Source: Methylorubrum extorquens
Lineage (GTDB): Bacteria > Pseudomonadota > Alphaproteobacteria > Rhizobiales > Beijerinckiaceae
DNA length: 32,000 bases
NCBI GenBank assembly: GCA_900234795.1
Contig: LT962688.1
Location: forward strand, 4,230,001 to 4,262,000
Direction of reading: 5' to 3'
Positions 25,328 to 32,000 of the stretch are shown piece after piece (the stretch's first letter is position 1; each line of letters opens with the position of its first letter). Position numbers and translations under genes: made by a program. The notes below the pieces were generated by a model. The model did not search any database. It worked only from the letters and a program-made list of their open reading frames with translations, and had not been told where the DNA came from.

Positions 25328-26436
25328 CGGCCGCCTCTGAGCCGGGCCAGCATCTGCTCGACATGGGCGATCGGCGTCTGCGGGGTGATGCCGTGGCCGA
25401 GGTTGAAGATGTGCGGCAGGCCCTCGGTCGCCGCCAGGATGGCGTCCACGGCCGCGTCCAGGGCCCGCCCGCCCTCGATCAGGGTCTCGGGGTGGAGGTT
25501 GCCCTGGGTGACCGTCGAGGCCGGCACACGGGCTCGCAGGGCGGCCAGATCGACACCCCAATCGACGCCGACGGCACTCGCGCCGGTCTCGGGCACGACG
25601 CGGGCATGGCCCTCTAGCCCCGAGCCCTTGGCGAACACGATGATCTTCGCGTCCGGCACCTGTGCCCGGACGCCCTGAACCATCCGCGTGATCGGCCCGA
25701 GCGAGTAGCGCTTCAGGGCATCGCCATCGCTCGACTCGGGCAACACGCCGGCATGACGCTCAAGAGCCGGCAGCACACCGGCATGCGACTCGAAGATCTG
25801 CACCGCGTCGGCGCCGGCACGGAGCTGGCGCACGAGATATTCGGTCTGGACGGCGACGAGCCGGTCGAGCAGCGCATCGAGCAGCGCGGGGTCGGCGGCC
25901 GCCAGCGCCCGGGCCGGGGCGAGATCCACCGTGCCGCGCCCGCCGATCATGTAGCTCGCCACGGTCCAGGGCGCGCCGCAGAAGCCGAGCAGCGTGGTCT
26001 CGTGGGGAAGTGCCCCGCGGATGCGCTCGACGGCCTCGAAGACCGGTGCGAGGTGCGAAAAGATCGCCGGGTCGCCGGCTTCGCGCAGGCGCTCGAACTG
26101 GGCGCGGCCTTCGAGCGCATCGAGGCGCGGACCCTCGCCCTCGACGAAGCGCACGTCCTGGCCGAGCGCGTGGGGGATGACGAGGATGTCGGAGAACAGG
26201 ATCGACGCCTCGAAGCCGAAGCGGCGGATCGGCTGGAGCGTCACCTCGGTGGCGAAGGCCGGGTTGTAGCAGAGGTCGAGGAAGGATCCGGCTTCGGCTC
26301 GGGTCGCCCGGTATTCCGGCAGGTAGCGGCCGGCTTGGCGCATCATCCAGGCCGGGGGCCGGGAGATCGCCTCTCCCGACAGCACCCGCAGCACCGGCCT
26401 TTCCGCCACCGTTGCCGCCGTCTTTGCCTCCGCCAT
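25324..26436 (-). CDS. hemE: Uroporphyrinogen decarboxylase
   Basis: PPAWMMRQAGRYLPEYR, ATEVTLQPIRRFGFEASILFSDILVIP and the C-terminal FNLGHGI are canonical HemE motifs. It carries an extra 10-aa duplicated segment (see findings). Confidence 0.9.
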   Translation of the reverse strand: MAEAKTAATVAERPVLRVLSGEAISRPPAWMMRQAGRYLPEYRATRAEAGSFLDLCYNPAFATEVTLQPIRRFGFEASILFSDILVIPHALGQDVRFVEGEGPRLDALEGRAQFERLREAGDPAIFSHLAPVFEAVERIRGALPHETTLLGFCGAPWTVASYMIGGRGTVDLAPARALAAADPALLDALLDRLVAVQTEYLVRQLRAGADAVQIFESHAGVLPALERHAGVLPESSDGDALKRYSLGPITRMVQGVRAQVPDAKIIVFAKGSGLEGHARVVPETGASAVGVDWGVDLAALRARVPASTVTQGNLHPETLIEGGRALDAAVDAILAATEGLPHIFNLGHGITPQTPIAHVEQMLARLRGGR

Positions 26437-26528
26437 GCCTGAAGCCCGTATCCTGCCTGATTGTCGTTCGGGGGAGACCGGAGGGATCGCGACCGCGCCA
26501 TCCCCACCCCGGCCCTATTCAAAGAAAG

Positions 26529-26546
26529 AGAGATTCTAGAATCTCT
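26529..26546. promoter_or_regulatory. Perfect 18-bp AT-rich palindrome AGAGATTCT|AGAATCTCT flanked by A-rich (5') and T-rich (3') runs
   Basis: It lies 93-110 bp upstream of the hemE ATG, inside a 747-bp non-coding gap. It could be a dimeric-regulator operator or a weak bidirectional terminator or attenuator (caaagaaagag-hairpin-gttttttct). Confidence 0.4.
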
Positions 26547-27183
26547 GTTTTTTCTCTTGGACGTTGGATCGTGATGCCGCAAGCGCGTCCACAGGCCCTC
26601 CCCACGGCCACGGCGTTAATCCCCTCTTAACGGATTGGATCTAATGTCCACGATAGGCCAAGCTCAGCAGTGGCTTGCGTGGGCCCGTATGCCCTGATGG
26701 CCGCCTCGGTCCCGGATTCTCCCATTCGGGCGACTCCATCGTGTGCGCAAGCTCGGGGTGTTGAGGGCGGAGTCGATGGATTTCGGGGCAACCCGCCGTC
26801 GCGCTCGGATCGGGCCTGGTTTTCCCCACTTATCGACTCCCTGGACCCGCCCTGGGGACAGCGTGGCGGTGGCGGAACGCTAAAGCGCTGACAAGACAAT
26901 CGAAATTTTCCGGGGTGGTGACGGAATCGGCCGCGGCGCCGCCCTGCCGGAGCGGTTCGGCTTCGTCCTTCCATGACGGCGTGGGTCGGGCCCCGGCGTC
27001 ATCCGCGAGGGTCGGCGACGCGCTCCCGTCGCCGTGATGATGGGCCGTCCGGCCGCATAGGGACCGAGGTCCCCACGGCCGACGGCAATTCGGCATCGCG
27101 CTTGCCCGAGGAAATGCTCTAAGCATCCCCTCGGGGCGGCTGTGTCGCCTCGCACCGAGCGTCACGGCAGAGACGGGCCGACG

Positions 27184-28014
27184 ATGAGCCGCAGCTACTT
27201 TCATCTCCATCTCGTCTCGGATTCCACCGGCGAGACCCTGATCAATGTCGGGCGCGCCGCGGCGGTGCAGTACGAGGGCATCTCGGCGATCGAGCACGTC
27301 TACCCGCTGGTGCGCTCGGGCGCGCAGCTGGAACGGGTGATCTCCGAGATCAAGGCGGCGCCGGGCCTCGTGCTCTATACGCTGGTCGGCCACGAGCTGA
27401 TCGAGCGCCTGGAGGAGGCCTGCCGCGAGACCGGCTCGCCGACGCTCAACGTGCTCCAGCCGGTGCACGCGCTGCTGCGCTCCTATCTCGGCGCGACCTC
27501 GACCGAGCGGCCGGGCGCCCAGCACATGCTCAACGCCGAGTACTTCAAGCGCATCGACGCGATGAACTTCACCCTGGCCCATGACGACGGCAACCTGCCG
27601 GCCGATCTCGACGAGGCCGACGTGGTGCTGGTCGGCGTCAGCCGTACCTCGAAGACGCCGACCTCGATCTATCTCGCCAACCGTGGCCTCAAGACCGCGA
27701 ACCTGCCGCTGGTCCCCTCGATGCCGCTGCCGCCGAGCTTCGAGCGGGTGAAGAAGGCGCTGATCGTCGGGCTGATCGCCAGCCCGGAGCGGATCGTGCA
27801 GATCCGCCAGAACCGCCTGCTCAGCCTGAAGGCCGACGACAACTCCTCCTATGTCGATCGGCAATCGGTCTCCGACGAGATCGCGGCCTCGCGCCGGCTC
27901 TGCGCCAAGTACCGCTGGCCGACCATCGACGTGACCCGCCGCTCGATCGAGGAGACGGCCGCCGCGATCCTCGATCTCTACCGCGAGCACCGCCTCAAGT
28001 TCATCGCGACCTGA
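27184..28014 (+). CDS. Pyruvate,phosphate dikinase / PEP synthase regulatory protein (PpsR/PDRP, DUF299)
   Basis: [14 protein letters not shown] and the P-loop [31 protein letters not shown] are the PDRP signatures. The start is taken at ATG 27184 (MSRSYF) rather than the GTG at 27142. Confidence 0.85.
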   Translation: MSRSYFHLHLVSDSTGETLINVGRAAAVQYEGISAIEHVYPLVRSGAQLERVISEIKAAPGLVLYTLVGHELIERLEEACRETGSPTLNVLQPVHALLRSYLGATSTERPGAQHMLNAEYFKRIDAMNFTLAHDDGNLPADLDEADVVLVGVSRTSKTPTSIYLANRGLKTANLPLVPSMPLPPSFERVKKALIVGLIASPERIVQIRQNRLLSLKADDNSSYVDRQSVSDEIAASRRLCAKYRWPTIDVTRRSIEETAAAILDLYREHRLKFIAT

Positions 28015-28025
28015 GGCTCCGGCAC

Positions 28026-29162
28026 ATGGAAGACGCCGGCCTCGCCGCGGCCGATCTGCGCGAGACCGTCCAGGCCGGGCGCGGGCGCTGCACCGATCTC
28101 AGCCCGTCCTACCGCGACTGGGCGCCCCCGCCCGAGCTGCTGGTCGGCGCGGTGACGCCCATGCTGCTGCGCGTCTACCACGAGCAGACCACCGTGCTCG
28201 GGACGAGCCTCTACGAATTGCCGGGGGCGGAGGTGACCGAGGAGGGCGTCGTGCTCCTCGACGGCGTGTTCCAGTACGCCGCCCAGCTCAACATCTTCTC
28301 CGTCAACTTCGAGGGGCATTTCCGCGCCATCGCCGCGCGGCTGCCGGATCTGCGGCGCGTCACCGTCGAGGAGCCGGTCGTGATGCTGACCGGCATGGGC
28401 CACCAGATGTACGGCCATTGGCTGGTCGATTTCCTGCCGAAGCTGTTCCTGCTCGACCGGGCCGGCCACGACATCACGCGGTTGCGCTACCTCTTGCCCG
28501 CCGACACGCCGCGTTTCGCGCGGGACTGGCTCGGCCTCCTCGGCATCGGCGAGGACCGGCTCGTCGTCTACGACCGCACCCGCGATCTCGTCGTCTGCCG
28601 CTCGCTCCTCGTGCCGACGGCGCTCCGCTTCATCAGCCGCGCCTCACCGCTGATGCGGCAGGCCCGCCGCTTCCTTCTCGAGCGCGCGGCGCCCGGCTCT
28701 CGCTGGCCGTCCCGCTGGCGCCTCGGTCGCCGCCGCGAGAAACCGGGGAGCGAAAAACTCCTGATCTCCCGCTCGGACAATGCCGACACGCTCAACCGGC
28801 GCACCCTCGCGGAGCGGGCGGCGTTCGAGGAAAAGGCGGTGGCCCGCGGCTTCACCCCCGTCCGGCCGGAGCGGCTGAGCGTGCCCGAACAGATCGCCCT
28901 GTTCCGCTCGGCCGGCACGATCATCGGCGAGTACGGTTCGGGGCTGCACGGCTCGCTGTTCGCAGGCCCCGGCACGACCGTGGTGGCGCTGCGCGACAAC
29001 GGGCTCGACCTCGGCTTCCTGCAAAGCTCGATCGACCACACGCTCGGCCATGCCAGCGGCTATGTGATCGGCTCCGAACGCTCGGAGGAGGGGTTCTTCT
29101 CCGTGGCGCCCGAGGATATCGACTTCCTGTTCGACTGGCTCGACTGGCGCGGCCTGCGCTGA
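28026..29162 (+). CDS. Glycosyltransferase family 61 / DUF563 protein
   Basis: GHQMYGHWLVDFLPKLFLL, LISRSDNADTLNRRTLAERAAFEEKAVARGFTPVRPERLSVPEQIALFRSAGTIIGEYGSGLHGSLFAGPGTTVVAL matches the GT61/DUF563 pattern as I recall it. Confidence 0.65.
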   Translation: MEDAGLAAADLRETVQAGRGRCTDLSPSYRDWAPPPELLVGAVTPMLLRVYHEQTTVLGTSLYELPGAEVTEEGVVLLDGVFQYAAQLNIFSVNFEGHFRAIAARLPDLRRVTVEEPVVMLTGMGHQMYGHWLVDFLPKLFLLDRAGHDITRLRYLLPADTPRFARDWLGLLGIGEDRLVVYDRTRDLVVCRSLLVPTALRFISRASPLMRQARRFLLERAAPGSRWPSRWRLGRRREKPGSEKLLISRSDNADTLNRRTLAERAAFEEKAVARGFTPVRPERLSVPEQIALFRSAGTIIGEYGSGLHGSLFAGPGTTVVALRDNGLDLGFLQSSIDHTLGHASGYVIGSERSEEGFFSVAPEDIDFLFDWLDWRGLR

Positions 29163-29178
29163 CGGATTCATTTTCGAC

Positions 29179-29793
29179 GTGAACGCTTCCCCCCTCTGGC
29201 TTGCCCCCGCACCGCTCCTTCTCGCCTCGGCGAGCGCCACCCGGCGCGATCTCCTGATGGGGGCCGGCCTGCCGGTGGAGACGGCGCCCGCGCGGATCGA
29301 CGAGCGCGCCCTGGAGGCCGAGGGCGGTGCCCTGGCCCCGGTCGAGCTGGCGCGGCGGCTCGCCCAGGCCAAGGCGGAGGAGGTGGCGGCACGCCATCCC
29401 GGCCGCGTCGTGATCGGCGCCGACCAAGTGCTCGAATGCGAGGGCGAGGTCTTCCATAAGCCCGCCGACCTCGCGGCCGCGCATGCCCATCTCGCCCGGC
29501 TCCAGGGCCGCACCCACGCGCTGCATTCGGCGGTCGCGATCCGGCGCGGCGGCCACGCGGAGGATTTCGTCGAAACTGCGCGGCTGACCCTGCGCCACCT
29601 CGATGCGGGCGCCATCGACGCCTATCTGCGGCTCGCGGGCGCGGCGGTCACGAGTTCGGTCGGCGCCTACCAGCTCGAGGGGCTCGGCATCCACCTGTTC
29701 GAGCGGGTCGAGGGCGACCATTCGACGGTTCTCGGCCTGCCGCTCACGCCCCTTCTCGCGCGGCTGCGGGGCATGGGCCTGCTGGCGTTCTGA
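29179..29793 (+). CDS. maf: Maf-like nucleoside triphosphate pyrophosphatase
   Basis: LLLASASATRRDLL, VIGADQVL, FHKP and GAYQLEGLGIHLFERVEGDHSTVLGLPL are Maf motifs. The start codon is GTG. Confidence 0.85.
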   Translation: MNASPLWLAPAPLLLASASATRRDLLMGAGLPVETAPARIDERALEAEGGALAPVELARRLAQAKAEEVAARHPGRVVIGADQVLECEGEVFHKPADLAAAHAHLARLQGRTHALHSAVAIRRGGHAEDFVETARLTLRHLDAGAIDAYLRLAGAAVTSSVGAYQLEGLGIHLFERVEGDHSTVLGLPLTPLLARLRGMGLLAF

Positions 29794-29807
29794 CACGGCG
29801 AGGGACG

Positions 29808-30839
29808 ATGGACGACCACCGGCAGGATCATCGGCAGAGCCACCGGAAAGACCACGATCATGCCGGTCATGATCATGAGCATTCCCATGATCATGATCAT
29901 GATCACGATCACGATCATGGACATGGGGGACATGCTCATGGCGGGCTTGGTCATGTTCACGCCCCGAAGAATTTCGGGTCGGCCTTCGCCATCGGCATCG
30001 CGCTGAATCTCGGCTTCGTTGGCGTCGAGGCGGCCTATGGCTGGCTCTCGAACTCCATGGCGCTGGTGGCCGATGCCGGCCACAACCTCTCCGACGTGCT
30101 CGGCCTCGCCGCCGCCTGGATCGCCGCGGTGCTGGTGAAGCGGGCGCCCTCCGCGCGCTTCACCTACGGCCTGCGCGGCTCCTCGATCCTCGCCGCTTTG
30201 TTCAACGCGGTGGTGCTTCTGGTCGCCACCGGCGGCATCATCGTCGAGGCGGTGCAGCGCTTCCTCGATCCGGCCCCGGTCGCTGGCACCACGGTGATGG
30301 TGGTGGCCGGCATCGGCATCCTCATCAACGGCTTCACCGCGTGGCTGTTCGCCTCGGGCTCCAAGGACGACATCAACATCCGCGGCGCCTACCTGCACAT
30401 GCTGGCCGACGCAGCGGTCTCGGCCGGCGTGGTGCTCGCGGGCCTCGTCATCCTCGCCACCGGCTTCGATTGGATCGACCCGCTGGTGAGCCTCGCCATC
30501 GCCGCGCTCATCATCGCCGCGACCTGGGGGCTCCTGCGCGACAGCGTGGCGATGTCGCTCGCCGCGGTGCCGTCCGGCATCGATCCGGAGGCCGTGCGCG
30601 CCTATCTCGCCGCCCGCCCCGGGGTGCGCGGGCTGCACGACTTGCACATCTGGCCGATGAGCACCACCGAAGTCGCCCTCACCGCCCATCTCGTGATCGC
30701 CGACGCGGCGCCCGACCGGCTCTTCCTCAAGGAGACGGCGGACGCGTTGCGGGCGCGCTTCGGGATCGGTCACGCCACAATCCAGATCGAGATCGAGGGG
30801 CAGACCGCCTGCACGCTGCCGACGAGCTGCGTCGCGTGA
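29808..30839 (+). CDS. Cation diffusion facilitator (CzcD/ZitB-like) metal efflux transporter with a His-rich N-terminus
   Basis: The CDF signature is [20 protein letters not shown], followed by [12 protein letters not shown] and a C-terminal cytoplasmic domain ([13 protein letters not shown]). The N-terminus is [25 protein letters not shown]. Confidence 0.85.
   Translation: MDDHRQDHRQSHRKDHDHAGHDHEHSHDHDHDHDHDHGHGGHAHGGLGHVHAPKNFGSAFAIGIALNLGFVGVEAAYGWLSNSMALVADAGHNLSDVLGLAAAWIAAVLVKRAPSARFTYGLRGSSILAALFNAVVLLVATGGIIVEAVQRFLDPAPVAGTTVMVVAGIGILINGFTAWLFASGSKDDINIRGAYLHMLADAAVSAGVVLAGLVILATGFDWIDPLVSLAIAALIIAATWGLLRDSVAMSLAAVPSGIDPEAVRAYLAARPGVRGLHDLHIWPMSTTEVALTAHLVIADAAPDRLFLKETADALRARFGIGHATIQIEIEGQTACTLPTSCVA
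29886..29918 (+). repeat. Hexanucleotide (CAYGAT)n microsatellite encoding the (HD)n tract of the CDF transporter
   Basis: The sequence is catgatcatgatcatgatcacgatcacgatcat. The repeat is in frame. Confidence 0.8.
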
Positions 30840-31705
30840 TGTCTCTCGATTTTCGCAAGCAGGTTTCCATGACAGCCAGGGCCTTCGTCGTCGGCCATCC
30901 GATCCGGCATTCCCGCTCGCCGCTGATCCACGGGCACTGGCTCGCCGAGCACGGGTTGGATGGCAGCTACGAGCGCATCGACGTGGCGCCGGAGGCGTTC
31001 GAGGCCTTCATCCGCCGGCTTCCGGCCTCGGGCTTTGCCGGCGGCAATGTCACCATCCCGCACAAGGAGGCGGCCTATCGTCTGGCCGATTCCCTGACGG
31101 AGCGGGCGAAAAAGATCGGTGCGGTGAACACGCTGATCGTCGAGGGCGACCGCGTCCGCGGCGACAACACCGACGCGCCGGGCTTCATCGCCCATCTCGA
31201 CCACAGCCTGGGGGAGCGCTGGCCCGAGCGGACCGGCGGGTCCGCCCTCGTGCTCGGCGCGGGCGGCGCGGCGCGCGCCATCGTCGTCGGGCTGGTGGAG
31301 CGGGGGCTCTCGGTCCGCGTCGCCAACCGCAGCCCCGAGCGGGCGCGGGCGCTCGTCGAACTCGACCCCGAACATATCGAGGCGCTGGCCTGGGAGGCCG
31401 TGCCGGACGCGCTTTCCGACACCGGGCTTCTCGTCAACACCACCTCGCTCGGGATGGCAGGTCACCCGCCGCTCGAAATCGACCTCGCCCCGCTCCCGGA
31501 CCGCGCGGCAGTGGCCGACATCGTCTACGTGCCGCTGGAGACGAAGCTGCTCGCCGCGGCGCGGGCGCGGGGGCTCGCGGCGGTCGACGGGCTCGGCATG
31601 CTGCTGCACCAGGCGGTGCCGGGCTTCGCGGCATGGTTCGGCCTGCGGCCCGAGGTGACGCCGGCCCTGCGCCAAACAATCGTCGCGGATCTCGTCGCGA
31701 AATGA
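30839..31705 (+). CDS. aroE: Shikimate 5-dehydrogenase
   Basis: [45 protein letters not shown] and LGAGGAARA are AroE motifs. The ATG at 30839 overlaps the CDF stop (TGATG); an alternative start lies at 30869. Confidence 0.85.
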   Translation: MSLDFRKQVSMTARAFVVGHPIRHSRSPLIHGHWLAEHGLDGSYERIDVAPEAFEAFIRRLPASGFAGGNVTIPHKEAAYRLADSLTERAKKIGAVNTLIVEGDRVRGDNTDAPGFIAHLDHSLGERWPERTGGSALVLGAGGAARAIVVGLVERGLSVRVANRSPERARALVELDPEHIEALAWEAVPDALSDTGLLVNTTSLGMAGHPPLEIDLAPLPDRAAVADIVYVPLETKLLAAARARGLAAVDGLGMLLHQAVPGFAAWFGLRPEVTPALRQTIVADLVAK

Positions 31706-32000
31706 GCGCGCCTCACCACCCCCGCCCGCCCGTGGTGCTCGGCCTCACCGGCTCGATCGGCATGGGCAAGTCGGCCACCGCCGCGATGTTCTCCGCCCGC
31801 GGCGTTCCGGTCCACGATTCCGACGCGGCGGTCCACGCCCTCTACGGGCCGGGCGGCGCCGCGGCGCAGGCGATCGGCGAAGCCTTTCCGGGCACGCTGA
31901 CGCCGGAAGGCGGCGTCGATCGGCCGGCCCTGCGCAAGGCGGTGCTGGGCGATTCCGAAAAACTCGCCCGGCTGGAAGCGATCGTGCATCCGCTGGTCCG
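31702..32000 (+). CDS. coaE: Dephospho-CoA kinase, N-terminal part (3' end lies outside the window)
   Basis: The P-loop is [12 protein letters not shown], followed by D-x-D (HDSDAAVH). The start overlaps the aroE stop (ATGA at 31702-31705). Confidence 0.85.
   Translation, partial: MSAPHHPRPPVVLGLTGSIGMGKSATAAMFSARGVPVHDSDAAVHALYGPGGAAAQAIGEAFPGTLTPEGGVDRPALRKAVLGDSEKLARLEAIVHPLV

Noticed and set aside
24359-25561. Upstream extensions of the DUF1311 ORF (24017..24829) and the NUDIX ORF (24878..25561).
   Set aside because: The extensions overlap hemJ and hemE in other frames and translate to Arg/Pro/Gly-rich junk. Credible starts are the signal-peptide Met at 24358 and the GTG at 25327, which is coupled to the hemE stop.
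26529-26546. Reading the 18-bp palindrome as a canonical Irr/ICE box.
   Set aside because: The AGAA/TTCT half-sites are in the opposite order and directly abutted (TTCT-AGAA). They are not arranged as AGAA-N3-TTCT, so the palindrome does not fit the recalled ICE architecture.
26560-26900. Possible structured RNA in the long hemE upstream gap (cobalamin riboswitch because of a GCCACTG-like word on the minus strand, two-piece tmRNA, 6S, RNase P or SRP RNA).
   Set aside because: I could not find the other conserved blocks. There is no B12-box context, no GGTTCGA T-loop or CCA end, no tag-peptide ORF, and no RNase P or SRP core motifs. This cannot be excluded without covariance-model searches, so it is kept only as an open question in the findings.
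21489-30773. Other long antisense ORFs: 21489..22856, 20639..21505, 26830..27990, 28644..29615, 28921..29796 and 29667..30773 (the last includes an [11 protein letters not shown] run).
   Set aside because: Each mirrors a well-supported gene on the opposite strand (hisZ, HAD, ppsR-like, GT61, maf, CDF). The Met/Ile run is simply the reverse complement of the (CAYGAT)n His-Asp repeat.
1-32000. Search by eye for CRISPR arrays, rRNA or tRNA genes, IS elements, integrases or phage genes.
   Set aside because: There are no regularly spaced direct repeats with spacers and no tRNA-like T-loop or acceptor patterns. No transposase, integrase or recombinase-like ORFs were found. The only mobile-looking items are the TA islet and the short nested-palindrome repeats.

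Overview
The window is very GC-rich (about 70%) and looks like chromosomal DNA from a Rhizobiales or Methylobacteriaceae-type alphaproteobacterium. That taxon guess is an inference from gene content and repeat style. I support 29 protein genes and found no rRNA, tRNA, CRISPR array, transposase or integrase. Most genes are housekeeping: zwf (3' part), mqo, an AI-2E transporter, moaE, mbfA, a DsbA-like oxidoreductase, a LplT-Aas fusion with a divergent TetR regulator, a HAD-IIA hydrolase, hisZ-hisG, hemE-nudix-hemJ, and a ppsR-like/GT61/maf/CDF/aroE/coaE block. The standout is a translationally coupled five-gene operon at 1125-8659. It encodes a SWIM zinc-finger protein, a helical-repeat protein, a MoxR-class AAA+ ATPase, a large DUF5682-like protein and a CoxE-type VWA protein with a complete MIDAS motif. 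I read the N-terminus of the DUF5682-like protein as a TraB/PrgY/TIKI-like hydrolase fold. From memory this gene set matches the functionally uncharacterised E. coli yehLMPQ set in a different gene order. An AT-rich region with a partial Irr/ICE-like box lies upstream of it. Secondary items are: a tandem gamma-carbonic-anhydrase-like protein whose two halves keep complementary subsets of the metal-binding His triad; a low-GC HigBA-like toxin-antitoxin islet with a palindromic operator next to a truncated nested-palindrome repeat (a full copy lies after hisG); a 4 x 13-nt tandem repeat across the moaE stop codon; an old in-frame 30-nt duplication in hemE; and a 747-bp non-coding gap holding a perfect 18-bp AT-rich palindrome. 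Many long antisense or out-of-frame ORFs in the track are GC-driven artefacts and were rejected.
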